Assembly (NCBI RefSeq): GCF_021869535.1 | Contig: NW_026262690.1 | Coordinates: 109,306,001 to 109,370,000 of the forward strand | DNA from: Mytilus californianus | Lineage: Eukaryota | Reading direction: 5' to 3' | Length of the DNA stretch: 64,000 bases | Shown here: positions 24,901 to 37,385 of the stretch, piece after piece | Position numbering within the stretch: position 1 is the stretch's first letter | How the letters are laid out: the number at the start of each line of letters is the position of its first letter | Notes under the pieces: generated by a model | What the model was told of the DNA's origin: nothing | What the model saw: only the letters and a program-made list of their open reading frames with translations | Databases searched by the model: none | Position numbers and translations under genes: made by a program

Positions 24901-27900
24901 AATATAAAATCACGGAGAAGACATAATATTTATAGCAGAACAGTTTGATGTATAGTCATACCCATTAAAATACCTTCTGTTTGTGTGCCTAGTAATTCCT
25001 GCAGCTTTGGCAAATATATTCATAGATATAAGAAGATGTGGTATGAGTGCCAATGAGACAACTCTCCATCCAAGTCAAAATTTATAAAAGTAATCCATTA
25101 TAGGTCAAAGTACTGTCTTCAACATGGAGCATATCTGTTATGCACTTCTCTTGACAAAAAGTGTTTTTTTTTTCAATTTATGGCATGGATTGTTGTTTAC
25201 ATTAGTCAATATGCTTTATACATGTATCAAATTAGAATAGATTGTCAAGAAAATACGGTTTCTCATCAATGACCTGGACTTCACTTTCGGCGAAAAAATA
25301 AGCATGGCAGAGAAGTACAAATTTAGATTACAGAGCTGTGACATACCTGTATTTTATTTTGTATAGTTAATTGATCGTATAAGTTGCGTTTTTATCTTTC
25401 AGATACAAACATGACGACGAATCCCTTCAAAAAATCATCAAGACAATGGACAACATCTTTTCAGGTCCCGGTCCTTTATCAGCGTCGGGAATATTTCCGG
25501 TTCTGAATTTAGTAATGGTAATTTGACGCGTACTCGTATCTAATAGCCATATTATAGTTAGAAATTTTACTTTTCAAAAGTTCAAGGTTAATACAGTGTT
25601 GCATAAATGATAAGAGGTAAAACTAATGTCAGATTAATGTCCCAGTTTCTCATCAACAAAATGACAGAGTGCTTTACCGGTGTCGGCGTCGTTGATGTCA
25701 GCCATTTAGACCATGTGTTCAAAGCTTTTATGCTTAGTGTTTGTCATCATGTATAGTTCACCTATTCATACAACCATTTTCATTTACAAATTTATAGGAG
25801 TTATTGGAATTTGATGATTTCTTCGTAAATGTCTGAATGGGGATGAATACACTCTGATACCTTTTGCAATCCTCCTGACAACTGAAATTACATAACAATT
25901 TGGTCACCACTTTATTTTAGGGTATCACAGTGGGGTTGTTTTGCCCTGGCAATTCGTCACCACTGAGAGTATTACTATATGACTGGTTATTTCTGCAGTA
26001 TACTAATACAGACTTATCATTTCGTAATAGTTGTGGGAATGTGTTCATTGACCATTTACCATATATATATGTAATATATATTGTATTTTATTATTATTTC
26101 AGAAAGACAACTTTAAGATGAGGAAAGAAGGGCTTTCTACTCTGAAAAAGTATATAGAAAAACACATAACCGACCACAGAGAGTCATTTCACCAAGAAAA
26201 CATTCGGGACTTTATAGATATGTATCTGGTCGCCGAAAAAGAAGAGAGTGAACGGACGTCTGTTTTGAATCGTAAGTTTAAAGATAACGCTTAATTACAA
26301 CGGCCAACAACATAGCTTAAACCCATATATGTATATTTTGTCTACCGGTACTGTGATTGGTAACTAATTCACCCTTTCTGAATGTAATGTATTCTTGGTA
26401 ATATTTTTAAAAGTGTACACTAAAACGTTGTGATTGGCTTACATCGTCCTAAACAGTGGGAATTCTACTAATGGCGTGACGTTATTTCATTATGGGGATC
26501 GAAAAGGGAAATTATCCACAATCGTTTAGACTCTGAAACGGTTAATAGGTGTTGTGTGGTGGTTTCAATCTAATCACGGGGTGTATCACAAAGTGGCCAA
26601 AAAAATTTTCCCTCGCTTGCTAGTGAGTTACAATATTTCTCCACACCGACGAAATGCTATTTTTTTTTTGTTATAAAAAGACGATCAGGATTCGTATATA
26701 TACCAGTGTTGGTCACAGACCCACTATTTATGTTTGAAATTGTTTCTGGAATATCCTTGATTGTACCCAATTCCAAGACTTTAAGTATGTGTAGCTACAT
26801 GTATATTAATATGTATTAGAGGGTCAAAAGTGACAAGAAAATCTTCCACTTCGATTGTAACTGAAAACTACAACTAGTCTCGTAAATGGGGGTTTTGCCT
26901 TTCTTCGAGAATGTCCCGTTTTTAAGTTGATAGTTACTGAAAAGAGCCTTTTCCTATTTTATTTGCTCGGTAATAAAGACTTTTCTGTAATATTTCCTTA
27001 AAGTTAGCGAATTAAATCCTATCGTTTTCGTATTTTCTTAGTAACTTAGTGTCTACCGTAGTCCTGGCTTTTCATTTAAACAGTAACTTACACCCTTCTA
27101 TCATTAACATAGATCTCCTTCAAGTCAAATAACTTACACCCTTCTACCATTAACATAGATCTCCATCGAGTCCAAATCTTAGAACATTAAACTTTCCCAT
27201 TCGTTAGCAACTAGGATCTTTTAGATATCCTTACATTTTAGTCAGTAACATGGAATCTTTTCTTTCGTTTTTGTTGTCCCAGTACTTACGAACCCCTAGT
27301 TTTCTTATTTTTAAGAATATCTTGTATTATATAAATATCTTACAATTGTAGCGGCGGCGTTGTTGACCTCAATTATCGATTTGTTTACTGCTGGAACAGA
27401 CACGACTGCAACTACGCTTGATTGGTCATTCTTATGGATGATTCAGTACCCGGATGAACAAAAGAGGTGCCAAGAAGAAATTAGAAAGGCAAGCATATTG
27501 TTTCAAATAAATAATGTTTTGCTTAGTATACATAGTATATACAAATACTAGTAGTTGACAAAAATGTATTTGAATTATCATTAGTATAAAGGAATGAACC
27601 CGTTACATTACCTTAGGCTTTACACTTTATTTGTTCTCGTTTTGCGCCGCATGACTGTTGTCACTTGCTAAGCTTTAACTGCTTATTCATCAGGACAGCC
27701 TTGTTTTTTTAATTTGGATCATTCTGCTGAATTTTAATTTTCCCTTGTATTGTTTTGTAGTATGGCGTTTGTCTTTACGTCGTATTTCTTTTGTCTTTTG
27801 TCTTCAACTTATGATTGTTTAGTGCTCCATGGTTTTTCCCTATTTTAAGACCAATTGAGAATTGTTAATTCGAAGAACTTTGCTTTATTCTATTTCCACC

Positions 27901-30580
27901 AAAATATATATAATTCTCGGTAATGGAAGTTATGTCCTGCTAACTCCAGTGCTCGGTATGGTTATGCGTTCCTGATAACTCCGGTTCTCTCTTTGAATAA
28001 GTTGTTTCTGTAAACTCCAGCGCTGGGTAAGTGAATGTAGTTCCTGTTTCTGTTAGCTAAGAGGATCGTTTATTGTAATTAGGTCCTTTTAAATAAGGTG
28101 CTTGGTAAGGGTAAATCGTTCCTCTTAACATAAGTATTCCGTGGGTAGATCTAGTCTACGCAGATGCTCGCTAAGTGTGAAATGTTCTTATACCAATTAG
28201 AAGAATGAGAAATAATTGATAACTAAGGTGATTAGTAATTCACTAAACTGTATTTACTTTCAGGTAATAGGACCAGGTAGAACGGTTCGATTATCTGATA
28301 GACGTTATTTGTCCTACACCGAGGCTACTTTAATGGAAATACAAAGACTGTCAAATACAGGTAGGCAAAGCATGTTCCAGTCATCAGAATCTTTAGTAAA
28401 TGAAAAGACTGGTCTACAGACTTAGTTTATCTGTAATAGTAGTTATACATTAAAGTGATTTTCTACTCCGAGAAAACAGATGCACAAACAAATACAAATT
28501 AGAAAGAACAGCATAAGGGACCATATAGCATGACTTGATACTGGCACAAAATGTGGTGGAGTTTGCAAGTTTTTCGTGCGCACAAACATCTCATTAGTGA
28601 TTATCTTAACCATGTTGGGAAAGTAAAACATATGACAATAACCAGAAATCGGGCTATCAAGGAAATAAGATACGATACAATATTTGGAATGTGCTTCCAT
28701 CAACAGGATGTAACCTAGTTGATAACTGAAACCCAAGAAAACAAAACAATCAGAAACATCACCTAAAATTGTTTTAATGAAGTCTAATTGAAATCAGCAA
28801 TATTTGCGATAGTCCAGTATATATAAAAGATTTTGAGATCATCAGAAGAAAACGTTTACTTAATTAGTTATTATATTTCGTTAATAGACTGTGTAGACCT
28901 TGTTTATAAACATAAGAGGATGATGACCATTTCATTTTCGAGGATGTGTGGTTACTTTGGTATCTGATGGGAAATGTCAGTCGTAGAGTTGTCATGAAGT
29001 TAAGTCGTATATTACATACAACTAAATATTTTTGTGATTACTATGTAAACATCTTGTTGCTCGAGGATACTATAACAACAGTATACATTCAGTTTTAGAA
29101 AAAGTAAACAGAATTGGCCGCAAAGTACTTCTGATTACAAAGATAAGAATTATGTAGCCAACAAAACACCTCTTGTTCTCACTTACCATCCTGATTTCAA
29201 AAGTATGTTATCCATTGTTCGAAAGCAGTGGAATACTTTAAGAATGTAAATACAAACTTTATATGACCTCTACCAGCTAAATATGTAACATTACTACATT
29301 GACTTTCCTCTTTTACAGCCATTTTTGCCGTTGTGCACGTTGAAGTTTGTGTAACATGTGTTTACTATTATCATTTTACAGCTATTTTTACTCTTCCCCA
29401 TGTAGCAGTTTGTGATACAACAATCAATGGCTTCAAAATACCTAAACATACCATTATTATTCCAAGCCTGATCTCTGCACATTTTGATGAAACAATCTGG
29501 AAAGACCCGAAGGAGTTTAATCCAGGGAGGTTTCTAAATCAAAACAATGGCATAATCAACAAAGAATATTTGATACCTTTTTCATTAGGTGCGTATACGA
29601 AATAGCAAATATTAGTTTAAACACATATACATTTCTTTCCGAGAATAATGGAAGCAAGTCTGTGTGCTATTGAAATTTAAAAAAATGCATTTTTTAACGA
29701 GTGTTTGTTTTTGTGCCATCTGCAACGAAAGTTACTTTGGGCAAGACATTGGTAGTATTGTTTTACGTATACGTACTTGCTGTTAAGATCGTTATTCAAT
29801 GATGATTTTAGTTTTGTTTTGCAAGTGCAAGTATCAGAGAATGGTAATTGTTCATTTGTCTATTCTGTTGAGTCGTTTTTTGATCATGTAGCTCCTAATG
29901 TTGCGGTGTATTAACGCATCCCTGGCTGTCATATGTTAAGGTTTGAGCTCATGATGAAGTAAATCCAGAAAAGCACTTTTGACACACGAATTAAAATTAT
30001 AAATTGTTTATTTTTATTTATTAGTACTGAGTCGATACCGCTGCCGGTAGAATTTGAGTCCAAGATGGTATCATCAGCTCCGTAGTTAGTGCTTCGGTAA
30101 AGACACGGTTTATGGCATATGCTTATTTCAAATTCCCTGTTCATATATTAATAAATTATTTAGAAACTAAGGTTTCAACTCCCTCAGGCAAAGTTAACCT
30201 TGGATAAATTTGGCTATTCTGTTTAAGACTTTTTTGGTCATATAGCTCTTAACGTTGCAGTTTATTTACGCATCCCCGACTTTCGTTTAGGTTTTAGAAT
30301 TCATGATGAAGGTAAATGCAAAAAAATATCTTTAGACATAACATTTATAATGTGTTTACTTCATTTACTCACTGACTGATTTAGTTTTTGTATTACAGGC
30401 CCACGGATCTGCCCTGGAGAATCGTTAGCACGGTCACAGTTGTTTCTGGTCTTTTCAAACCTTCTACATAGATTTGAATTCTCTAAAGTCGATCCAGATG
30501 ATATTTTATCACTTGAAGGGATAACCACCGGGTTAACAACGACACCATCGCCATACCGACTTAAAGCTGATTTGAGATAA
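18529..30580 (+). CDS. CYP2-clan cytochrome P450, copy B (complete, 8 exons, 505 aa)
   Basis: Exons 18529-18904, 23478-23712, 25403-25517, 26103-26271, 27352-27488, 28264-28360, 29382-29588, 30399-30580 total 1518 nt with no internal stop. N-terminal TM anchor and [11 protein letters not shown] hinge, AGTDTT, EIQR, PGRF, FSLGPRICPG. Confidence 0.95.
21138..21655 (+). mobile_element. Interspersed repeat insertion shared by copies B and C (53763-54290), absent from A
   Basis: Empty site in A at ~373 (CATACATAC|TTGTAC); 3' end ...GACCCATTGGTGG..TTGACACATTCCCCATTTCCATTCTC. Confidence 0.75.
23478..23712 (+). CDS. P450 copy B exon 2
   Basis: tatatag|GC AGT ... LIFGYR AG|gtaagc; 235 nt. Confidence 0.85.
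25403..25517 (+). CDS. P450 copy B exon 3
   Basis: tttcag|A TAC AAA CAT ... GTA ATG|gtaatt; 115 nt. Confidence 0.9.
26103..26271 (+). CDS. P450 copy B exon 4
   Basis: tttcag|[10 protein letters not shown]...RDFIDMYL...VLN C|gtaagt; 169 nt (2 codons shorter than in A). Confidence 0.9.
27352..27488 (+). CDS. P450 copy B exon 5 (I-helix)
   Basis: ttgtag|...[16 protein letters not shown]...EEIRK|gcaagc (GC donor); 137 nt. Confidence 0.9.
28264..28360 (+). CDS. P450 copy B exon 6
   Basis: tttcag|[33 protein letters not shown]|gtaggc; 97 nt. Confidence 0.92.
29382..29588 (+). CDS. P450 copy B exon 7
   Basis: tttacag|CT ATT ... [13 protein letters not shown]...LIPFSL G|gtgcgt; 207 nt. Confidence 0.92.
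30399..30580 (+). CDS. P450 copy B exon 8 (heme Cys, stop)
   Basis: attacag|[17 protein letters not shown]...[20 protein letters not shown]; one codon longer than in A. Confidence 0.93.
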
Positions 30581-32164
30581 ATTGACGTTATGTGTGTACA
30601 TCCAACATGTCAAACAGAACAGGATTTTAGAATACATGTACATAATTCCATATTGTTTGAACTTAAATGTATCAATCAATGTAACATTTTTTTTTATTTT
30701 ATATATTAGATCATAGGATGTGATCGTTTGAAAATCAATTGAAATTTATGAAAAAGATAAATTCAACATTTAGTTTAAAAAGATTGTTCGTGTGCATTAC
30801 TGAAAAAAGTTTGTTTTTGATTAAGTTGAAAAATGTTAGTTTCGTGAAGTAAAACCCATGCCCCCAACAAATGACGAATTACAATTACTTTTTCAGGAAC
30901 AATTCTTTTTTTTTCAAACACGATGTAATCTTGTTTCTTAATTTTTTTTCTATTCTAAACTGAGAATAAGTTTTAAAGGGACATCTGTCATGCTCAATGA
31001 AATATGACTATACTACGAAGTAATTATCCATACTCTATTCACTAAAACTGAAAGCGATTACACATAGTTGTTCTTAAGATATTTATTGATAGATGGATAG
31101 GACAAGAAGATGATATTCCTACAATCATTTGTTCAATATTTAGTTTTCTTTTCACAGTTATACAGAACAATCAATGTTTTGTCTGAATAGTTAAAAATTT
31201 ACACCTATTTGCAGATATGGTTTAATAAATGCAAAAAATGCAATAAACGACTGGTCTTGTAAATCAATTGTAATCTTATAAACACTACACGTGTTACTTT
31301 CCGTTGGATTTAAAAATTTGTCTATCATATTCTATCAAGGTATTACTAATTAGTTTGCCACTATGATTAGGATGACTTAATATGTAATATTGTTTTGTCT
31401 ATATATATATCTATTCAATCTTTGATATTATTCTAAATTAAACGTTCAATGACAATGAAACGAAAGTGAATATTTCAACGTGTCTGACTTCTTCAAAATT
31501 GATAATAAGAAGATATACTTCTAATTTAAAAAACCGTCTCGTGTTCCTTACTAGTTTCAATTCGACAATAATAAAAACATCGTGACACAATTTGCAAGAA
31601 TTCAGTGATTTGATTTTAATTGCATAAAAGGAGAAAACTCTTTTTAAACATTACATGATATTTGTTTTTGTACATCTACCATCATGACCTTGTTCACATA
31701 AAAAATAAAATACACACACACTCGCCTATGCATACGTATACATGTATATATATATATCTCTAAACACAAATGTTAGTTTACACACCTATACAATATAATT
31801 ATATCGCTTTCATTCTATAAATGATTATGATTACTTTATTATTATATAAATCTAAACATAAAAAAAATAAACATGAATGTACCTTAATTCTAGTTTACAA
31901 AACACTTAAAAATTTTTGCAACACTGCAAAGAATCTTAAGTTTATCCTGCCGTTTACACTCTATTTCAAAAATTTCTTGAAATCTAAATTTGAAAATGCA
32001 AAAAGTATTGACAGGTTTTGATCTTTGTTCAGAGATATAGTATGCCTTATAAATTGCGTATGTAATTATTATTGTTAATAAGTAATTTACTTCATAGTAT
32101 TATTCTTCTTGTTCAATTTTCTATCCACATGCTAAATTTGATAAGCTTAGAAAGTGATTTCCTA

Positions 32165-32173
32165 TTTTATTAA

Positions 32174-32222
<49 letters not shown>

Positions 32223-33010
32223 TGTCCGTCTGTCTGTCCGTCTGTCCGTCCGTCAGTCCGTCAGTCCGTCAGTCCGTCAGTACGTCAGTCCTATTTCTTG
32301 TCATCGTAACTTCTCTCAAACCACACAACAGAATTTCACGAAACCTTTTTTGATAATAAGGACATACTATGAAGTTGTGCATATCAACAGGAAATTACGA
32401 TTCAATTTATTTTCTAGGAGTTACGCCCCTTTGAACTTATTTACTTTAATGAACTACTGCAACAGTTTGTCATCGCAACTCCTCTCAAACCACACAACAG
32501 AATTTCATGAAACCTTTTCAGATAATAAGGACATACAACGTAGATGTGCATATCGACAGGAAATTAAGATTCAATTTTTTTTACAGGAGTTAAGCCCCTT
32601 TGAACTTATTTGCTTTAATATACTACTGCAACAGTTTGTCATCGCAACTCCTCTGAAACCACACAACATAATTTCATGAAACCTTTTTAGATAATAAGGA
32701 CATATTATGTAGTTGTGCATATCGACAGGAAATTACGATTCTTTTTTTTTTCTTAGTGTTACGAATCTTTTAACTTATTTGCTTCAATGTACTTTTGCAA
32801 CAGTTTGTCATCACAACTCCTCTGAAACCACACAACAGAATTTCATGAAACTTTGTAGATAATAAGGACATACTATGTAGATTTGCACATTGACATTAAA
32901 TTATGATTAAAATTTTTTTTCTTATACAATTTTTTTTTCTTACACTTATTTTATTTCTTCAATGACAATATAAGGACGTGGGGTATGTGAGGGCGCTCAC
33001 TAAGGTTCTT
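32165..33010 (+). mobile_element. Complete HINE-like (Helentron-associated) element with 169-bp internal tandem repeats
   Basis: 5' ACCCCACG versus 3' CGTGGGGT subterminal inverted repeat; CGCAAC-GA-GTTGCG palindrome; (CCGT/CAGT)n microsatellite; units at 32300, 32469, 32638, 32807; 3' hairpin GTGAG-GGCG-CTCAC at 32987-33000; T-rich flanks. Confidence 0.8.
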
Positions 33011-34429
33011 TAATTTTTTTTCTAAAATATCATTTATTTTTTCCCAAAATACTTTTAATGTTTTACATGACTTTTTGTTAGAAACATGTGGTCGTAATCT
33101 TCTGTAATATTACATTCATGGCAGTTTGAGCTTGTACTTATTTTCCATTGCTTCAATAAAACTTTACAAGGTAGAATACAATGCAATAGTTTCCGTCTAA
33201 ATATTTTCAGTGTGTTATCTCTCAGAAAAACGAAAATGAGTGAATTTTAAAATGCTTTTAGTTTTATTTTTTAAGTTACAAAATTGTAATAGACGATTCC
33301 ATTTTGTGAATCCAAGTGGTGTCTCTTTACCCTGACCTTTAATAAATTAAAGTTCACGATATTTTATAACTATGTTAAAGGTAAGATTACAACTCCTTAA
33401 GGCAAATATTTCATAGACGGTATTTGCTCTTCTTTGTAAAAGAGGGACGAAAGATACCAGAGGGACAGTCAAACTCATAGATCGAAAACAAACTGACAAC
33501 GCCATGGCCAAAAATAAAAAGACAACAGACAACATGTGTAATGCCCTGACGTTTTTGTTTTCCTTTGTATACTTTATCTATTTGGAATCTTTATTTCTCA
33601 GGTTTATTTAATAAATATTTTTTAATACACAATTCTGTTATACTTTCAATTGTGTTGAAAGATCCAAAACGGCCATGTTTGAAATCTATCTAATTATTTT
33701 TCTTATTTTCAAAGACCATTTAGGAAAGTTGGAGTTTTAAATTGATGAAAAATTTCCAAAAGTATCTCATAATTTAAAACAGATCTGCGAACCGTCATGT
33801 TTGCTTTGTCTTTGATTAGAGGGGTGCGGTGGAATGAAATTTTTCAAAAGAAGAGCATGCGTAACTAGTTTCTCATTTATTTAGATCGATAGTATGATAG
33901 GTATAATGTAGACTTGATGTCCTTCCATTTGATATGTGACAACACCATATTTCAAGAAGTTTTTTTTTTTGCACTTACATGTAATAACCCATTCCAACTC
34001 ATTTTTGAGGGACAGGAATTTGATATTTCAAATGTTCCCACTATGGCCTTTCATTTGCTATGCGACAATCGTACCTTCGAAGACATTTGTTTTGCACTCA
34101 AAGACCCCGCCTAACCCTTTTTTTGGAGATATAAATTTGATATTTGAAATGTACAATTTATGGACTTTCATTTTATGTGTGACAACCTTACCATCTTGGA
34201 GGTTTTATTTTTGCACTCAATGACCCCACCCTTTGTTTGGGATGATAAATGTGGTTTTAAATTTTCGTTTTTGAAAAGAACTCATTTAGATGTTTAATTT
34301 GATATGTCACATGACATTTTGCAAAGTCCAAAAAATGATGCAATATCAATTTTATAAATAGAACTTTTGAAACTTACAAAGTCAAAATAAAACATGAAAA
34401 TTTCGAACTGATAATTTTTCTTTGTTTTT

Positions 34430-35930
34430 CGTCAAATGGATTTGGTATTTAGGCATGTTAAACTCTTCAATATCCAAAAGTTTCAGGTGGCTAGCTTTTG
34501 CTGATACAGAAATATATGCCCCCACCAACAAAATTTCAAACTACAATATCTCTAAAACGACAATATATACAATGTATCTCAAATCTGCTAAGTGTAGATG
34601 AAGTACCACAATGTAAATTAACAAAATAGCTCATTAAGGGCACAACGAATTATTAAATAATTTTATATGATACAATACCGAACATGAGAACTGGACCACT
34701 TGACTTTTAAAAAGGTTACAAGGTCAAGGATATAGTACCCTATGAAGGTCAAGACGAATTTCCTAATGACCTTGACATTGACTCCAAATTAAAGTCTTAA
34801 ACTATTGATAATTTTTGCAGTTAATGGTAGGTTGATATCTGTTACCGTTTCAAAAATACACACAAAAAACTATAATTTGAAGAATTATCTCGTCGTAATT
34901 TTTGAACGGATGGTCGGACAGTTTTAGGTCTAGGTATAAAATATAGAGCTCTAAGAGAAGAACATGTTAAACGCTAAGTGTATACAGCTATCTCTTATCG
35001 TTTCCTTAACATTCAAGCTTGAAATTTAAGCATACAATTTGTTTGCACTCGATGACCTTTGTCCGTGGGGGCAAATGAAAGGTTGCATGAACTAAAGATT
35101 ATTGGTGAAGGTTCTTTCGGATCTCGAAATGTAATTTTTATAAAGTTGTGTATACTATTTCAAGGGAAATAATTTTTATAAGGGTTAATAACAAAATAAT
35201 TGTTTATGTTTATTAACATTGCCATCTGTCCCTGCACATGTTGCCATTTTCAGATCGATTCTATCTGTAACAATTTTTAAGATATATGCGAATGAAAGTG
35301 TTTCAAGGGGATATAACTCTTAAAGAGAATGATGCAATCCTACGCAGTTTCATCTGGTAATACTTCAAAATGAGATATACCTATTGTCCAAAAAAGGTCA
35401 TGATATCTTCAAAAACAACGAAGGGGGAGGCTATGTGAAAAAAATAAATAAAAAGAGATAACTTCTAAAGGGGATGATGAAATCCTACAGCGTTACCTGG
35501 TAATACTTCATGATGAGGTCTATCGATGGTGCCAATTTGGTCTTTTTATTCTGAAATTTCAACTCGACCTTCAAAATTACTATAACCTTGACCTTGTGAC
35601 CTTTTGAAAGGTCAAGTGGTCCTGAGTTGAATGGTTGTAGTCCCATGTCTCTACGACTTCCTGTTCTTAAGTTCGGTATTGCATCATATATTTTATTATT
35701 CATTGTACCTTTAATGAGCTAAATTTTTTTTATATTGTTGAACTTCATCTGCAGATTAACTTACACTTTTTAGAGTTATTGCAGTTTGATATTTTGTGAG
35801 AGGAAATGGGGGGGGGGGGGGGGGGGGGGTCAACATTTCTGAAACAACAACAGCTAGTGACCTGAAATTTTCAGAAATTGAAGATGAGTATATGTTTGAC
35901 TACATACCCAAAACATATGATAAATAACAA
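34430..35930. mobile_element. Foldback-like structure: ~330-bp degenerate inverted arms around an ~800-bp spacer
   Basis: 34693 GGACCACTTGACTTTTAAAAAGGTTACAAGGTCAAGGATATAGT matches the reverse complement of 35579-35622; homology continues outward (TAGCTCATTAA, CAAAAT.TCAAACT.CAATA.CTCTAAAA). Confidence 0.65.
35808..35829 (+). repeat. Poly-G tract (G22)
   Basis: Read directly; aligns to a short C-run in the opposite foldback arm. Confidence 0.9.
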
Positions 35931-36989
35931 AGAAAAAAAAGGCAGTTTGAAATTTATGTGTATTAAATTTATAAGCAATGAGCAAACGTTTTGCATACAA
36001 AAGACATAAAAATCTAAAAGAGTATTTAACGAATTCAAAGATGAAAAATGATATAAACAGATAAAATCAAACAAGAGATAAAAAAATGTCACGCACAATA
36101 AACTAATAGAAGAGCTTAAATAAAAAGGGAAAAAAATACCAAAAAAACAGAAAGAAACGAACGTATAAACAGGTGTCGTACCCCCATAAATGAAATCAAA
36201 TTCGAACTATTCTAAATATTACAAGAAAGGAAACATATAGGCTAGGGATAGCTGATGAGGACAGGCCTAGGTCTACATGATCATAACCGTAACACCTCTT
36301 TTAGTATTAGAAACACAGACCAGATCTGGATTTCTATTCTACAAATACATACACAAAAATTATACTACAAGCACGCAAGTGTGAATTTCTTCAAAAATAA
36401 AAAATAAATGCTAAAAAATGTATTCCATAACATGAAATATTTATCATACACCGAGTATATCAGCTCTAAATTACTCTTAATGTATGCACATAGAAAATGG
36501 AATTAATTACGAAGGATTATAATAAGATATACTGGATTGGTCCTGGACCCGATTGATTTTAATATTTTATTGTCGCTTCTATTTTTGAAATCACAGTTTA
36601 TAATACCCCTTACGTTTGTGGGGTTCGTCTTGCTCAGTCTTATGTTTTTTCAATGTTGTGTTTTGTGGGCTGTTGTTCGTCTTTGTGTCGTTGTTTTATA
36701 ATTTGCCATGACTTTGATAGGTTTTGTTTTTGACTGACGTGGTCGTTTGATTACCCTTTTTGTATATTTCACTTTTCTGATATAACAAATGGTGATTAAA
36801 CAAAAAATAATTCATTTCTTTTATAATGGGACGAGCAGTTAATATTAACTCACTTGAAAACTTAACCAGATGTGGCAATTGATTTCATGGATCAGGATAA
36901 ACTGATATTTTTTTGCGAAGATTTCATTTACCATTTTATTGATGCAGCGTATACGTGTATGTTTCAATGTCGGAGTTTTTCCTATGTTG

Positions 36990-37385
36990 TATAGAAAAGT
37001 GGTCACTTTGGTCTTCTATCGGACGGCAGTAATGCCTTTGCCAAAGGAGGTGCCCGTTTGGCTGTGCAGGATGTATAAGTACGCAGACACGTCTGGATAG
37101 AACGGGAAGTTATTTTTATTCCTCGTGTAGAGAGAATACCACGCTCTATGAACGTTAGGAACCTCTGAAACAACTCTTTGAGGGGTCCGAAGGTGGGCTG
37201 TTGCAAGGCAAAATTTCTGTCCCTATTCAATGTTCCCTCATTTTTCAGTGGCAGCCCCCCCGACCTGCATCCCAGTTGACCATTATTACAGAACCTACCC
37301 ATTGTATCATCCCTATGTATTTTAATCTGTTCTCATCCTCAACATGCATGAATTATTTGCCACTGGACGTTAAGCGATCAAAAAG
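36990..37385 (+). mobile_element. SINE-like retroposon (GC-richer body, probably 5'-truncated)
   Basis: 3' tail TTCTCATCCTCAACATGCATGAATTATTTGCCACTGGACGTTAAGC is shared with the tRNA-SINE at 49.4 kb, but the body is different; the central part recalls a Meta-SINE-type core (from memory only). Confidence 0.5.

Noticed and set aside
32203-32679. 158-aa ORF
   Set aside because: It is a translation of the HINE microsatellite and 169-bp repeats, with no protein motif.
36251-36280. CTGATGAG as a hammerhead core
   Set aside because: There is no downstream GAAA or pairing stems.
37003-37302. 99-aa minus-strand ORF in a GC-richer patch
   Set aside because: It lies within a SINE-like repeat, with no recognisable domain or splice context.
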